Shown here: positions 41,009-50,889 of the stretch, piece by piece
Position numbering within the stretch: position 1 is the first letter of the stretch
Layout: the number at the start of each line of letters is the position of its first letter
Assembly: GCA_963761335.1 (NCBI GenBank)
Contig: CAVXGR010000018.1
Location: 32,001 to 96,000 of the forward strand
Length of the DNA: 64,000 nucleotides
Reading direction: 5' to 3'
From: an uncultured delta proteobacterium
GTDB taxonomy: Bacteria; Desulfobacterota; Binatia; HRBIN30; BPIQ01
Made by a program: the position numbers and the translations under genes
The notes under the pieces: generated by a model
What the model was told of the DNA's origin: nothing
Database searches by the model: none
The model's input: only the letters and a program-made list of their open reading frames with translations

Positions 41009-42796
41009 ATGTGGAGGCGACTGGTCACCCTTCTGGCTCGACCCTGGATGCCGCTGGCGGCGGCTGGGCTCGGTGTAATCCTCAGCCTGCCATCGGTCGG
41101 TGGCGGCCTACTGGGTGACGACTATTTTCAGCGCTCGGTGCTGCTTGGCATCGGCGATGCCGGTACCGGGAGCTCGCCACTATTCGACATGTTCTCGTTC
41201 GTATCCAGAGGGCCGCGGCTCGAGACGGAATTGGATCTCGGGATGTTGGGATGGTGGACACATCCACAGATCAGCATCGCCTTTTTTCGTCCGCTGACGG
41301 TGATCACGCATGTGCTCGATTATACCCTGTGGCCGAACGCCATTTTCGCACATCATCTCCACAATCTTTTCTGGTACGCCCTGGCGATCGCTGCGGTAGG
41401 CGCGCTGTATCGCGAGGTCGAAGGGGGAACGGCGGTTGCCGGTCTGGCGGCGGTTCTGTTTGCCGTCGACGACGCGCACGCCATGTGTGTCGGCTGGCTG
41501 GCCAATCGGCACGCGCTCATCGCCCTGGTCTTCGGGGTCTTCGCGTTGCTGGCACACGTGCGCTGGCGACGTACAAACGGATTGGCCTGGTTCGCTGCCG
41601 CGGTTGGTTCCCTGACGCTGGCGTTGCTGAGTGGCGAGGCGGGTCTCGGTGCCGCGGCCTACATTGTCGCCTGGGAGCTGGCGATGGAAGATGAGCCGTG
41701 GAGACAGAGAGCAGCGGCGCTACTGCCCTACATCCTGCTGGTGGCCGGATGGCGCGCCGTCTACGAGCAGCTCGGCTACGGCAGCACCGGCTCCCTGTTG
41801 TACGTCGACCCCGGCCATTATCCGTTCGCCTTCCTGCGCGCTCTCGCTGAACGTTGGCCCGTCCTGCAGCTCGCGCAATGGTTCCAGGTTCCCGTAGATC
41901 TTTACATCCTGATGCCACGCAGCGCTCAGGTCGCGCTTGCGTTGAGTGCCATGGTCGCCTGTATCGCATTGGTCTGGCTCCTGGTGCCGCTGCTCGCCCA
42001 ACGCCGCACGGCTCGATTCTGGGCGGCCGGTATGTCCCTGGCCCTGGTGCCGCTTTGCGCCGCCTTTCCAATGGATCGTCTGTTGCTGTTCTCGGGGGTG
42101 GGGGCGTTCGGATTGATCGCCTTGCTGGCGGAGCAAACGGGCTTGCTGTCGCGCATCGCCGCCGTGCCCGACAAGGTCAGGCGCCTCATCGCTCAGGCGC
42201 TGTTGGTGATCCACGGCCCGCTGGCAGCGCTGCTGCTGGTCGCGCGAATTGCGGCGCTTCCACTATTGGGAGGCCTCTTCGAAGTCGGAGTGTTGACCGC
42301 GCCTGCGGACGAGCAAGCGCCGCGGCAGACCTATGTGTTCGTCAACGGCCAGGAGCTCCCGGTTGTCTACCTCTCCATCATCCGCCAGCTCGAAAACCCG
42401 GCTGCCGCCCCGCGGCGTGTTGCTTTGTTGGCTTCGATGCTCAACGACAACGAAGTCTACCGCGAGGACGAAACGACGTTGGTGATCCGAGCCCGCGACG
42501 GTTTCCTGAAGTCGCCGGTAGATCAGTTGATGCGCAGCCTGGAGACACCCTTCCAGATCGGTGAGCGCATCGAGCGCCGCGACTTCACGGCCGAGGTCCG
42601 CTCGATCACGGCCGATGGCCGTCCGGCCGAAGTGGCCTTCCAGTTCCATATGCCGCTCGAAAGCAAGGAGCTCCGCTGGCTGGCCTGGGATGAGAGCGGC
42701 GTACGACCGTTCCGGCTCCCGCCCATCGGCGCGCGGGTCGAGTTGCCGGTGGTGAGCATTCTGTCGCAGTTGCGCGTGCGGTCGGCGCACCACTAA
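41009..42796 (+). CDS. Polytopic membrane protein, probable GT-C-type glycosyltransferase
   Basis: DDY after the first TM, FFRPLT, HNLFW, about 11 hydrophobic helices, C-terminal soluble domain. Confidence 0.65.
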   Translation: MWRRLVTLLARPWMPLAAAGLGVILSLPSVGGGLLGDDYFQRSVLLGIGDAGTGSSPLFDMFSFVSRGPRLETELDLGMLGWWTHPQISIAFFRPLTVITHVLDYTLWPNAIFAHHLHNLFWYALAIAAVGALYREVEGGTAVAGLAAVLFAVDDAHAMCVGWLANRHALIALVFGVFALLAHVRWRRTNGLAWFAAAVGSLTLALLSGEAGLGAAAYIVAWELAMEDEPWRQRAAALLPYILLVAGWRAVYEQLGYGSTGSLLYVDPGHYPFAFLRALAERWPVLQLAQWFQVPVDLYILMPRSAQVALALSAMVACIALVWLLVPLLAQRRTARFWAAGMSLALVPLCAAFPMDRLLLFSGVGAFGLIALLAEQTGLLSRIAAVPDKVRRLIAQALLVIHGPLAALLLVARIAALPLLGGLFEVGVLTAPADEQAPRQTYVFVNGQELPVVYLSIIRQLENPAAAPRRVALLASMLNDNEVYREDETTLVIRARDGFLKSPVDQLMRSLETPFQIGERIERRDFTAEVRSITADGRPAEVAFQFHMPLESKELRWLAWDESGVRPFRLPPIGARVELPVVSILSQLRVRSAHH

Positions 42797-42798
42797 AA

Positions 42799-43950
42799 AT
42801 GTCCGGCGGAGAGCAACCGCTCAGGCCCCGTTCGTGCCGCCCCGGAAATGATCCTTGCGCGGCTCGTTTCTTCGAGGTCGCGAGGCTGTCGGCTGGATGC
42901 GACGCACTGCCCGCCGCCCCTGGTGTGTACGTGTTCCGCGACTCTTCAGGGACGCCTCTGTACGTCGGCACCAGCAAGAACCTGCGGGCGCGGCTGCGCA
43001 GCTACTTCCAGCCGGCGACGTCGAGGCGGCGCAAGGAGTGGAGTCTGCTCCATGACGCGACGCGCCTCGAGGTGCGGCTGACCGGCTCCGAGTTCGCGGC
43101 TCTGCTGGAAGAGATTCGCCTGATCCAGGAGCACTCTCCGCCGCTGAACCGACGCCTGAAGCGGCCCGGGCTCTACGCCTACGTCATCGTCGAGCACCCC
43201 GATGGGTTTCCCCGCTTGCGAATTTCGGCCGAAGCCGATCCCGGCGGCGCCCACGTTCTCGGCCCCTTCGCGCGCCGCCCCGGTCTGCGCCGCGCGCTCG
43301 AGGCGGTGAGCGATGCGTACGGACTGCGGACCTGCGAGGAGCCGCTGCGCCCGGACCCGCGCGGCTCCGCCTGCTGGCGCGCCGAGGTGGGCACCTGTAG
43401 CGCACCCTGCATCGACCGCATTGCCGAGGGCGACTACGGCCGCAATCTGCTGCGCGCCCTGAACGCCATCTCCGGCGGGCGTGCGGCGCTGCAGCTCCTC
43501 GAGAGACAGCGCGATCGACTGGCGGAGATGGAGCGCTTCGAGGCCGCCGGCCGCGTCCAGCGGCAGATCGCCGCGTCGAATCGGCTGCGCCGCGTCCTGC
43601 GGCCGGTGCGCCTGGCGCTGGACTGGGACGACGCCTTGGTGGTGCAGCCCGGAGCCGAGCTCGGAACGGTGGCGATCTGGGCGGTGCTCGGCGGCCGGGT
43701 GGCGCACTGCGAGCAGGGGCGGGCGGAGGATCTGGCGCACCTGTTCGTGCGCCTCTGGGAGTCGGCGCGGCGGCGCCGCCAGCGCGATTACACCGAGCGC
43801 GTCGAGGTCGACGCGGCGCGCCTCATTCACCGCTGGCTGCGGCGCCCGGCCAATCGGCAATGGGTCGCCGCCCTTCGCGGCAACGGCAGGGAGGCGGCGT
43901 GGCGGCAGGTGCAGGCGGCTGCGGAGCGCTGCCTCGACAGGCTCCTCTGA
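42799..43950 (+). CDS. GIY-YIG endonuclease, UvrC N-terminal/Cho-like
   Basis: LPAAPGVYVF...LYVGTSKNLRARLRSYF, ALLEE...PPLN, Cys cluster LRTC...C...CSAPC, UVR motif ERFEAA; no RNase H/HhH half. Confidence 0.85.
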   Translation: MSGGEQPLRPRSCRPGNDPCAARFFEVARLSAGCDALPAAPGVYVFRDSSGTPLYVGTSKNLRARLRSYFQPATSRRRKEWSLLHDATRLEVRLTGSEFAALLEEIRLIQEHSPPLNRRLKRPGLYAYVIVEHPDGFPRLRISAEADPGGAHVLGPFARRPGLRRALEAVSDAYGLRTCEEPLRPDPRGSACWRAEVGTCSAPCIDRIAEGDYGRNLLRALNAISGGRAALQLLERQRDRLAEMERFEAAGRVQRQIAASNRLRRVLRPVRLALDWDDALVVQPGAELGTVAIWAVLGGRVAHCEQGRAEDLAHLFVRLWESARRRRQRDYTERVEVDAARLIHRWLRRPANRQWVAALRGNGREAAWRQVQAAAERCLDRLL

Positions 43951-43972
43951 GTCGGGAAGCCCCCCGCCTTCG

Positions 43973-44962
43973 CTACGCCGGCCGTTCGACCAGCTGATTG
44001 ATCAGCTCGAGCAGCTGCTGCCGGTACTCGGTCACCGGCAGCGTGCCGAGGGCAGCGCGTGCCAGATCCGCGTTCACCAGCGCCTGCTCCCGCACCTCGT
44101 CGAGAACTCCGGAGCGCCGCAGGCGGAGAATCGCCCCGGCGATCTCGGGCTCGGTGGGCTCGGGGTTCTCGAACATCTTGCGCAGCTCCTCGTCGCGCTG
44201 CACGCCGAGGACGATCGGCAGCGAGGGGTTGCCGTCGCGGAGATCGATGCCCACCGGCTTTCCCAGTCGGCTCTCGCTGCCGTCGATGTCGAGCAGATCG
44301 TCGATCATCTGAAACGTGAGGCCGACCCGGAAGCCGCACTCCGCCATGGCCTCCAGCCACTCGCGGTCGGCGCCGGCGAGATAGGCGCCGGTGCGCGCGC
44401 CGGTGGCGAACAGCGAGGCGGTCTTGCGCGTGATGATCTCGATGTAGTCGGCGACCGTGACCCGCGGGTTATGGCGAAAGCGCGCCTGCAGGATTTCTCC
44501 TTCGGTGAGGCGGATACAAGCCTCGGCGGCCCAGTTGATCAATGTCTGGTCGAACTGGCCGCAGATCTGAAAGGCGCGGCTGAAGAGGAAGTCGCCGGTG
44601 ACCAGCGTGTTGCCCAGGCCGTAGCGGCGCAGCGCCGACATCTGACCGCGGCGCGCCTCGCTGCCATCGATGATGTCGTCGTGGAGCAGGGTCGCCGAGT
44701 GGATCAGCTCGAGAGCGGCGGCGGCGTCGATCATCGCCGTCGGGTCGTCGCCGCCAGCGGCGCGAAAGGCGAGGAGGGCAACCGCCGGACGCACGCGCTT
44801 GCCACCCGAGCGCACCAAATAGGTGGCGATCTCCGACAGCAGCGGCTCGCGCGAGGTGAGCAGGTCGTCGAGGCGCTGCTCGACCTGCGCCAGCTCGGAA
44901 GCGATCAGTGCACCGGACCGATGCCACAGATCGGGTGCTGGCGTGGGAGCCGCGGGTTTCAT
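43973..44962 (-). CDS. ispB: Long-chain trans-polyprenyl diphosphate synthase
   Basis: GGKRVRP, ATLLHDDIID (FARM with a small residue at -5), FQMIDDLLD (SARM), GKPVGIDL. Confidence 0.85.
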   Translation of the reverse strand: MKPAAPTPAPDLWHRSGALIASELAQVEQRLDDLLTSREPLLSEIATYLVRSGGKRVRPAVALLAFRAAGGDDPTAMIDAAAALELIHSATLLHDDIIDGSEARRGQMSALRRYGLGNTLVTGDFLFSRAFQICGQFDQTLINWAAEACIRLTEGEILQARFRHNPRVTVADYIEIITRKTASLFATGARTGAYLAGADREWLEAMAECGFRVGLTFQMIDDLLDIDGSESRLGKPVGIDLRDGNPSLPIVLGVQRDEELRKMFENPEPTEPEIAGAILRLRRSGVLDEVREQALVNADLARAALGTLPVTEYRQQLLELINQLVERPA

Positions 44963-45039
44963 CGGTGCCTGCGATTCGGTATCGCCAGATAAGGGAAAAA
45001 GAACGGTAGTGTCAAGGTAATGGCCGCGTGCGACGAGGT

Positions 45040-45117
45040 GGGGACAGGCTCCTTTTCGGCGGCCGACAGGCGGAATTTGGCCGTGGCGCGCCGTCGCCGA
45101 AAAAGGTGCCTGTCCCC
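45040..45117. repeat. Palindromic repeat family B, single-hairpin copy
   Basis: GGGGACAGGCTCCTTTTCGGCG...CGCCGAAAAAGGTGCCTGTCCCC. Confidence 0.85.
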
Positions 45118-45169
45118 TGCAGCCACGGTTCGTTGCTTTTGCCCAGGCGACCCGTTACGTTTCGACGAG

Positions 45170-45538
45170 ATGTCGACACTCTCGGCGCGGCCAACGGAGA
45201 TCAAGCGAATCGGCAAGAGCGCCGTGCAGATCGTCTGGAGCGACGGACACTGCTCCATCTATCCGAACGCGCATCTGCGCAACAGCTGCCCCTGTGCCGA
45301 ATGCCGCGAACGGCCGCCGCGCCTGCTGCCGGTGGTGAAGACCGGCGGCGGCGATCTGTACCCGCTGCAGATCGGTCTGGTCGGTCGCTATGCCGTCAAC
45401 ATCGAGTGGAGCGACGGCCACGACAGCGGTATCTACAGCTACCCGACGCTGCGCGGTGCCTGCCCGTGCCCCGTGTGCCGGCCCGAGACCCCGCGAGAGG
45501 AACCCGTTGCCCGTGGCGACGATCGACGACATCCGTGA
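45170..45538 (+). CDS. DUF971 / GBBH-like N-terminal domain protein
   Basis: WSDGH...LRNSCPCAEC; VGRYAVNIEWSDGHDSGIYSY. Confidence 0.88.
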   Translation: MSTLSARPTEIKRIGKSAVQIVWSDGHCSIYPNAHLRNSCPCAECRERPPRLLPVVKTGGGDLYPLQIGLVGRYAVNIEWSDGHDSGIYSYPTLRGACPCPVCRPETPREEPVARGDDRRHP

Positions 45539-46583
45539 ACGGCTGACCGAGATCCGGCCGCACGGCGCGCGCGACAACGTGGTGGCACTCGGAATGGTCA
45601 AGGGAATCGATCTGCGCCAGGGCACGGTCACCATCCAGATGTCGCCCGGGTCGATGCCGCCGCCGATCCTCAATGCGACGCTCGCCGACATCCGCCGCGC
45701 CGTCGGCGCTCTGCCCGGCGTGCAGGCGGTTGCCGTCCAGCTGGCGGAGCCGCAGCGTTCGCCGGCGGCGGCGCCCGCCGCCGAGCAACGCGCCATCCCC
45801 GGTGTCCGCGACATCGTGGCGGTGTCGAGCGCCAAGGGAGGAGTCGGCAAGTCGACGGTGGCGGCGAACCTGGCGCTGGCGTTGCAGGCCAAGGGGCAGC
45901 GCATCGGCCTCATGGACGCCGACGTCTACGGTCCCAGCCTTCCCACCATGCTCGGCGTCAGCGGCCGCCCGCAGGCCTCGTCGGACAAGCGCCTGGCGCC
46001 GCTCGAGAAATTTGGGCTGCAGCTGATGTCGATGGGCTTCTTCCTCGACGACGAGTCGCCGGTCATCTGGCGGGGCCCGCTGGTCATGGGGCTCGTGCGG
46101 CAGTTCCTCAAGGACGTCGATTGGCACGACCTCGACATTTTGGTGATCGACCTTCCCCCCGGCACCGGGGACGCGCAGCTCACCCTGGTGCAGCAGGTGC
46201 CCCTCTCCGGAGGCGTGGTGGTGACCACCCCGCAGGACGTCGCACTTCTCGACGTGCAGCGCGGCATTGCCATGTTCGAGCAGGTGCATACTCCCATTCT
46301 CGGGGTGGTGGAGAACATGAGCTACTACCACTGCCCGAAGTGCGGCCTCGACGACGACATCTTCGGCAGCGGCGGAGGCGCCCGCATCGCCGAGCGCTTC
46401 GGCGTCCCCTTGCTCGGCCAGATCCCCCTGGTGCCCGCCGTGCGCGCGGGCGGCGACGCCGGCACGCCGATCGTCGCCGAGCAGCCCGATCACCCGGTGA
46501 GCCGCATCTTCGCCGAGATTGCCGGCGGCGTGTTGGCGGGCATCGACGCCGTGCGCGAGCCGGCGCCCGTGATCATCAGCTGA
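45513..46583 (+). CDS. mrp: Mrp/ApbC/NBP35 Fe-S cluster carrier ATPase
   Basis: KGGVGKST, DADVYGPS, VIWRGP, DLPPGTGD, VTTPQ, VENMS, CPKC. Confidence 0.95.
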   Translation: MATIDDIRERLTEIRPHGARDNVVALGMVKGIDLRQGTVTIQMSPGSMPPPILNATLADIRRAVGALPGVQAVAVQLAEPQRSPAAAPAAEQRAIPGVRDIVAVSSAKGGVGKSTVAANLALALQAKGQRIGLMDADVYGPSLPTMLGVSGRPQASSDKRLAPLEKFGLQLMSMGFFLDDESPVIWRGPLVMGLVRQFLKDVDWHDLDILVIDLPPGTGDAQLTLVQQVPLSGGVVVTTPQDVALLDVQRGIAMFEQVHTPILGVVENMSYYHCPKCGLDDDIFGSGGGARIAERFGVPLLGQIPLVPAVRAGGDAGTPIVAEQPDHPVSRIFAEIAGGVLAGIDAVREPAPVIIS

Positions 46584-46687
46584 GCCGGGCCGCGGACCGC
46601 CGCCTCCAACCCGGGCCGCGCCGCAGATTTACTGTGCGCAGTCGCCGTGGTAGCCTATCTCGCTCACGTTTTTCTTTCGGAGGAAGC

Positions 46688-47023
46688 ATGGCAACGGTGA
46701 TCACTGAGGAATGCATCAACTGCGGAGCGTGCGAGCCCGAATGCCCCAACAGCGCCATCTACGAGGGCGGCGCCGAGTGGGAGCTGAACGGCGAGTCGCA
46801 CGCGGCCATCCGGGAGGACTTCTACTACATCGCCCCGGAGAAATGCACCGAGTGCGTCGGCTTCTACGCCCAGGAGCAGTGCGCCGCGGTGTGCCCGGTG
46901 GACTGCTGCATCCCGGACCCGGATGTTCCCGAGACCGAGGAGCAGCTCATCGCCCGTGCCCACCTGTTGCACCCGGAGCGGGAGCTCGGCTCTGACTTCC
47001 CCTCTCGATTCCGGGCGCAGTGA
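46688..47023 (+). CDS. YfhL-like 2[4Fe-4S] ferredoxin
   Basis: SD GGAGG; CINCGACEPECP and CTECVG...QCAAVCPVDCC. Confidence 0.92.
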   Translation: MATVITEECINCGACEPECPNSAIYEGGAEWELNGESHAAIREDFYYIAPEKCTECVGFYAQEQCAAVCPVDCCIPDPDVPETEEQLIARAHLLHPERELGSDFPSRFRAQ

Positions 47024-47116
47024 GTCGCGGCTGAGCGGGATGCCGGGATCGACCTGGTCGTGAGATGAACGGCTGTGTCCAGCTACTTGCGGCTGCGGGT
47101 CGCTGAAGGGGATGCC

Positions 47117-47875
47117 GTGGATCCCTCCTGGATGCCCGGATTCGCTCTCTTCCTGCTGGTTACCATCCTGGGCATCGCCTTCACCAGTATCTTCCTGTTC
47201 CGGCGGCGGCCGCGCGATCTGAGCGCGGTGCGCGGCTCGGCCCTGCTCGGCGTCGGTATCCGCGGCTGGCACTACGAGAACTTGCAGCCCTTCGAGGAGC
47301 TGCTGGTTCGCTGGCGGGTACGTCCGTCGTGGCTCTCCTATCTGCAGCTGGGGATCGCCGTCATCGTCGGCGTCGCCTATGCCGAGGGCCTGATCTTCAT
47401 CGGCGGCTGGCTGCTTCTCTGTGCCGGCTCGCTCGACATCCTCGACGGCCGGGTGGCGCGGCGGACGAACAGCGGCAGCCTGCGCGGCGCCTTTCTCGAT
47501 TCGGTGATCGACCGCTACGCCGACTCCTTCGGCTATCTCGGCCTGGCGGCATTCTACGCCCAGTCCTGGATGCTCTGGGTCGTCCTCTTTGCGCTGGTCG
47601 GCGGGCTGATGGTCAGCTACACTCGGGCGCGGGCCGAGGGGCTGGGCGTCAGCTGCCTGGTCGGCATGCTGCAGCGGCCCGAGCGCTATGTTCTGCTGGG
47701 GCTGGGCTCGATATTCGGCTCGCTGGTCGAGCACATGACCGAGTGGCACGTCTTCGGCGCCTCGTATGGCCTGGTGGTATGCACGGTTCTGCTGCTGGCG
47801 GTCTTCAGCAACCTGACGGCGATTCAGCGGGCGATCTACGTGCTCGGGACACTGCACGAGCAGGCACATGAGTGA
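47117..47875 (+). CDS. CDP-alcohol phosphatidyltransferase (PI/PIP-synthase-like)
   Basis: DILDGRVAR...GAFLDSVIDRYAD; MVSYTRARAEGLG...GMLQRPER; start uncertain (47075 possible). Confidence 0.88.
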   Translation: MDPSWMPGFALFLLVTILGIAFTSIFLFRRRPRDLSAVRGSALLGVGIRGWHYENLQPFEELLVRWRVRPSWLSYLQLGIAVIVGVAYAEGLIFIGGWLLLCAGSLDILDGRVARRTNSGSLRGAFLDSVIDRYADSFGYLGLAAFYAQSWMLWVVLFALVGGLMVSYTRARAEGLGVSCLVGMLQRPERYVLLGLGSIFGSLVEHMTEWHVFGASYGLVVCTVLLLAVFSNLTAIQRAIYVLGTLHEQAHE

Positions 47876-48074
47876 CTGGCCAGCGAAGGGACGACGGGTG
47901 AGCGGCATGTTCATCGCCATGCTGGGCGCTGGCTTTGTCTTGGAGAGCCGTGCCTACGATCTCGGCATGGCCCTGGCGCTGGTCGGGCTCTGTCTCTTCC
48001 TATCGGGCTTCGTCGGCGGCCGGAGCCGCGCCGTATCCGTCGGCGGAGAGGATGATCGCGGTGAACCGGCGTAG
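47868..48074 (+). CDS. Small two-TM membrane protein
   Basis: 68 aa, two hydrophobic segments, overlaps both neighbours. Confidence 0.55.
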   Translation: MSDWPAKGRRVSGMFIAMLGAGFVLESRAYDLGMALALVGLCLFLSGFVGGRSRAVSVGGEDDRGEPA

Positions 48075-49062
48075 CATCCGCATTGCCGCCAGCTTCCTGA
48101 TCTCCGCCGTCTTCCTGGGCTTCGCCGTGCAGGGCGTCGATTGGAGCGAAGCCGGCCGCGCCCTCGAGAACGCTCACTATCTGACGGTGCTCCCCGTCTT
48201 TGCGCTGATCATCTGGAGTCTCATCGTCCGCGCGCAGCGCTGGCGCTTGCTGCTGCATCCGCTCGGCAAGCCGTCGATGCGCACCCTGGTGGCGGCGACC
48301 AACATCGGCTTCATGGCCAACATGGTGCTGCCGCTGCGCATCGGCGAGGTGGTGCGCCCGGTGCTCGCCAGCCGGCGCGAGCGGCTGCCGCTGAGCGGCG
48401 TCATCGCCACCGTCGTCCTCGAGCGCATCTTCGACATGATGACCGTGCTGCTGCTCTTCGGCATCGCCGCTAGCTTCGTCCCCGTCTCTCCGCAGCTGCG
48501 CGCCTGGGGATATCGCCTGACGGTGCTGGCGGTGGTCATCGCCGGCGTGGTGGGGCTGATCCGCTGGCAGGAGAAGCTGATGCTGCAGGTGGTTCGCCGC
48601 ATCCTGCGCTTCATGCCGGCGGTGGTGCGCGGCCCCGGGGAGCTCTTCTTCGAGGGCTTCGTCAAGGCGCTCGAGGTGCTGGAGAGTCCCACCGCCTTTG
48701 CCCGCGCCTTTGCCTACTCGCTCTACCTGTGGGGGGTGATTGCCGCCTCGAACGCGGTCATCTTCTTCACCTTCGACCTGCCCGTGCCGCTTCTGCTCGG
48801 CGCCGTCGCGGTGACGGCCATCATCGCCATCGCCGTCTCCGTTCCCTCGGCGCCCGGCTACATCGGCTCCTTCCAGCTCGGCTGCATGCTCTCTCTCGCC
48901 CTCTTCGGTATCGATCAGAACCGCGCCATCGCCTACTCGATCGTCCTGCATCTGACGAACTTCATCGGTGTGGTGGGCGCCGGGGTCTACTCTCTGTGGA
49001 CCGAGGGGATGAGCATGCACGACATCGAAGTGGCCTCGGAGGCCCCGGATGTGGCGGCTTGA
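48052..49062 (+). CDS. Lysylphosphatidylglycerol-synthase TM / flippase-like (YbhN/AglD2-type) membrane protein
   Basis: RAQRWRLLL, GFMANMVLPLRIGEVVR, ERIFD, PSAPGYIG. Confidence 0.88.
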   Translation: MIAVNRRSIRIAASFLISAVFLGFAVQGVDWSEAGRALENAHYLTVLPVFALIIWSLIVRAQRWRLLLHPLGKPSMRTLVAATNIGFMANMVLPLRIGEVVRPVLASRRERLPLSGVIATVVLERIFDMMTVLLLFGIAASFVPVSPQLRAWGYRLTVLAVVIAGVVGLIRWQEKLMLQVVRRILRFMPAVVRGPGELFFEGFVKALEVLESPTAFARAFAYSLYLWGVIAASNAVIFFTFDLPVPLLLGAVAVTAIIAIAVSVPSAPGYIGSFQLGCMLSLALFGIDQNRAIAYSIVLHLTNFIGVVGAGVYSLWTEGMSMHDIEVASEAPDVAA

Positions 49063-50260
49063 TGGTCGCGCCGTTCTGATCGGCGTCAGCGGCGGCATCG
49101 CCGCCTACAAGTCGGCGGAGCTGGTGCGGGCCCTGGTCACCGCCGGAGCGCGGGTGCGCGTGATGATGACGCGCAACGCCCAGGAGTTCATCACGCCGCT
49201 GACTCTGCAGACCCTCTCCGGCAACCCGGTGGCCACCGACACCTTCAGCCTGACGCAGGAGTCGGAGATCGGGCACATTCGCCTCGCCGACAGCGCCGAG
49301 GTGGTGGTGGTGGCGCCGGCCACGGCCAACGTCGTCGGCAAGCTGGCGCACGGCCTCGCCGACGATCTGCTGACCACGGTGCTGCTGGCGACGCGGGCGC
49401 CGGTGCTGGTGGCGCCGGCGATGAACGTCCACATGTACGAGAATCCACTGGTGCAGGAGAATCTCGAACGCCTGCAGCGCGCCGGAATGCGCCTCGTCGA
49501 GCCCGGCGCAGGGTTCCTCGCCTGCGGCTACGAGGGCAAGGGCCGTCTCGCCGACATCGATGTGATCGTCGCCGAGATCCGCCGCGCCCTGACGCCCGCG
49601 GACATGGCGGGCAAGAGGGTTCTGGTGACCGCCGGCCCGAACCGCGAAGCGATCGACCCGGTCCGTTTCGTCTCCAACCGCTCGACCGGGAAGATGGGCT
49701 TCGCGGTCGCCGCCGCCGCCTGGCGCCACGGTGCCGAGGTGACCCTGATCGCCGGGCCCACCTCGCTGCCGACACCTCACGGTGTGCGCCGCATCGACGT
49801 GAGCACGGCGGTGGAGATGCAGGCCGCCGTCGAAGCGGAGTTCTCGCGGACGACGATGCTGGTCATGTGCGCCGCGGTCGCCGATTACCGCCCGGCGCGC
49901 GCCGCGAGAGAGAAGCTGAAGAAGGGCGAGGGGCGCCTGGTGCTGGAGATGGAGCGCAACCCCGACATCCTCGCCGGCCTGGCGGGGCGCAAGGGCGAGC
50001 GCATCTTCGTCGGCTTCGCCGCCGAGACCACCGATGTGCTGGCGCAGGCCGAGCGCAAGATGCGGGAAAAGAACCTCGATCTGATCGTCGCCAACGACGT
50101 CTCGCGCAGCGACGCCGGCTTTGCCACCGACACCAATGCCGTCACTGTCATCGACGCCGCCGGAGGCCGCGACGCCCTGCCGTTGATGAGCAAGGACGAG
50201 GTGGCGGAGGCGATCCTCGAGCGCGCCCTGTCGTCGCCGTCGTCGGCGGCAGTGAGCTGA
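49049..50260 (+). CDS. coaBC: Phosphopantothenoylcysteine decarboxylase/ligase
   Basis: GVSGGIAAYK, APATAN, APAMN, LACG..GKGRL, SNRSTGKMG, AAVADY, GFAAET, IVANDV. Confidence 0.96.
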   Translation: MWRLDGRAVLIGVSGGIAAYKSAELVRALVTAGARVRVMMTRNAQEFITPLTLQTLSGNPVATDTFSLTQESEIGHIRLADSAEVVVVAPATANVVGKLAHGLADDLLTTVLLATRAPVLVAPAMNVHMYENPLVQENLERLQRAGMRLVEPGAGFLACGYEGKGRLADIDVIVAEIRRALTPADMAGKRVLVTAGPNREAIDPVRFVSNRSTGKMGFAVAAAAWRHGAEVTLIAGPTSLPTPHGVRRIDVSTAVEMQAAVEAEFSRTTMLVMCAAVADYRPARAAREKLKKGEGRLVLEMERNPDILAGLAGRKGERIFVGFAAETTDVLAQAERKMREKNLDLIVANDVSRSDAGFATDTNAVTVIDAAGGRDALPLMSKDEVAEAILERALSSPSSAAVS

Positions 50261-50306
50261 GGGTGCGGCGGGGCAGCCGATCGGATCGGCGGATCGGCGA
50301 TCGGGA

Positions 50307-50831
50307 ATGGGCCGGGCGCAGCAGCCGCCGCCGGTGAAGCTGGTCGCCGGCCTGCTTGCCACCTCGACGGAGCTTCTCGACGAGGCGCGCGCCATCCTGA
50401 CGAGCCGTTTCGGAACGATCGACGCCCGCAGCGTCCCCACGACGTGGGGCCACAGCGACTACTACGCGGCGGAGATGGGGCCGCAGCTCTGGCGCCAGTT
50501 CGTCGCCTTCGCGGCGCCGGTCTCTCCCGGCGAGCTGGCGCCGATCAAGCAGGCGAGCAACGGGCTCGAAGAGCACTGGCGCGGTCCCTGCGGGCGGTGC
50601 GTCAACATCGACCCCGGCATTCTCGATCTCGACAAGCTGGTCCTCGCCTCCACCAAGAACGCCGCGCACCGCATCTACCTCGCCGACGGCATCTACGCCG
50701 AGGCGACCCTGCGGTTCGCACGCGGGTCGTTCGCGCCCTACGCATACACCTACCCCGACTACGCCGCCGCCGAGACCCTGGCCTTCTTCAACCAGGTACG
50801 CGCCGCGCTGCGTCGCCCGCGCCGGGTTTGA
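50307..50831 (+). CDS. DUF4416-family protein
   Basis: YYAAEMG, VNIDPG, LVLASTKN..HRIYL..GIYAE.TL, YTYPDY. Confidence 0.85.
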   Translation: MGRAQQPPPVKLVAGLLATSTELLDEARAILTSRFGTIDARSVPTTWGHSDYYAAEMGPQLWRQFVAFAAPVSPGELAPIKQASNGLEEHWRGPCGRCVNIDPGILDLDKLVLASTKNAAHRIYLADGIYAEATLRFARGSFAPYAYTYPDYAAAETLAFFNQVRAALRRPRRV

Positions 50832-50889
50832 GAGCACCTCCGAGAGGGCCGCCCGCCCGGCGGCAACTCTTTGTCTCGAAGACGAAGCC

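Noticed and set aside
45020..45169. ORF-track N-terminal extension of the DUF971 protein
   Set aside because: It is a translation of the family B repeat; the ATG at 45170 fits the domain start
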